From positions 192,001 through 256,000 of the forward strand of contig CAVVYR010000007.1 in NCBI GenBank assembly GCA_963752475.1: a stretch of DNA of 64,000 nt, given 5' to 3'. The notes beneath the pieces were generated by a model. That model did not search any database and was not told the origin of the DNA. It worked only from the letters and a program-made list of their open reading frames with translations. The DNA comes from an uncultured Chloroflexia bacterium (GTDB lineage: Bacteria; Chloroflexota; Limnocylindria; Limnocylindrales; CSP1-4). How positions within the stretch are numbered: the stretch's first letter is position 1; every line of letters begins with the position of its first letter. Shown here in pieces: positions 63,362 to 64,000 of this stretch. The translations under genes and the position numbers were made by a program.

Positions 63362-63436
63362 TCCGGCGTAGCTCAGTGGTAGAGCGTTCGGCTGTTAACC
63401 GAGTGGTCGTAGGTTCGAATCCTACCGCCGGAGCCA
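63362..63436 (+). tRNA. tRNA-Asn(GTT)
   Basis: Cloverleaf with acceptor TCCGGCG/CGCCGGA, D-loop AGTGGTA, anticodon GTT at 63394-63396, GGTTCGAATCC and an encoded CCA. Confidence 0.97.
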
Positions 63437-63488
63437 CCCTTTCCCTTCTTGTCTGCCCTGTTTCGCTGCGCGGAAGACTCCGAGATGA

Positions 63489-64000
63489 GGCGGATCCTCG
63501 GCTTGTGCCGGATATGACGGGCTGGCCGACCCCGCCGAGGCGCTCGATCCGAACGCGCTGCTCATCGACGAAACCTCGAACCAGGCGTTCCCCAACGGCG
63601 GCGCGCTGTGGCCCGACGACCTGCGCCTGCCGGTGACCGAGGGCCCGCCACCTCCGGGTGCGGTTAGCCTGCCGCTCGCACGGGTCTGGTTCGGACCCGA
63701 CTCGCCCATCGATGCACCCTGGTTGCGCGAGGGCTTCGCGTCCTGGCTCGGCTGGCGTGCTATCGGCGAGAGCTGCCCCACGACACCGACGTACCCCGGA
63801 TACTTCGACGCCTTCGGACCAGACCTCGACGGCTACTGCGTCGTGCCTGAGACCTACGCCGCCGAGTGGGACCTGTGGATCTGGCAGTCTGCGAGCGCCT
63901 GCGGCATCGTGGAGTCCGCCGCGGGTATCATCGACCCTGAGGTCATGGCCGAGGTCATCGCCGAGCTCGTCGCGTCGAGCGAGCCGGTCAGCCCGAGCGA
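63489..64000 (+). pseudogene. open frame lacking a convincing start, running off the window end; gluzincin-like fragment
   Basis: Coding-like frame after TGA 63486-63488; ARVWFG...WLREGFASWL resembles M1 peptidase motifs but lacks HExxH. Confidence 0.4.

Overview
High-GC bacterial chromosomal segment. Gene order and protein style suggest Chloroflexota, possibly Limnocylindria/Ellin6529; this is inference only. A housekeeping backbone (ispE-ridA-glmU-CBS/hemolysin protein, polyprenyl synthase, recO-glyQS, nfnAB/fpr, ppdK ... dnaG-rpoD ... tRNA-Asn) is interrupted by about 37 kb of accessory genes. These include two tandem MarR+RND units, an Aap-type amino-acid ABC transporter, secreted proteins and several gene remnants. 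The most unusual part is a ~9.3 kb internally duplicated module at about 41.8-51.1 kb. It holds 2 PadR regulators with a shared palindrome (TATGCTnnnAGCAT), a radical SAM enzyme and 2 orphan ZnuA/TroA-fold lipoproteins whose His metal ligands are replaced by Cys and Tyr in both copies. It also holds one intact and one catalytically dead class I aldolase, gpmA, a TusA-like protein lacking its persulfide Cys, 2 DUF5320-like coiled-coil proteins and a DUF89 phosphatase remnant. Other oddities are a ~76-aa insertion in region 3 of RpoD, an array of six TTGACA/TGTCAA hexamers upstream of dnaG-rpoD, an XRE-HTH/PD-(D/E)XK fusion, several long intergenic hairpins and widespread leaderless-type promoters. 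No CRISPR array, rRNA, transposase or integrase was seen. All family calls come from motif recognition by eye; no database search was run.
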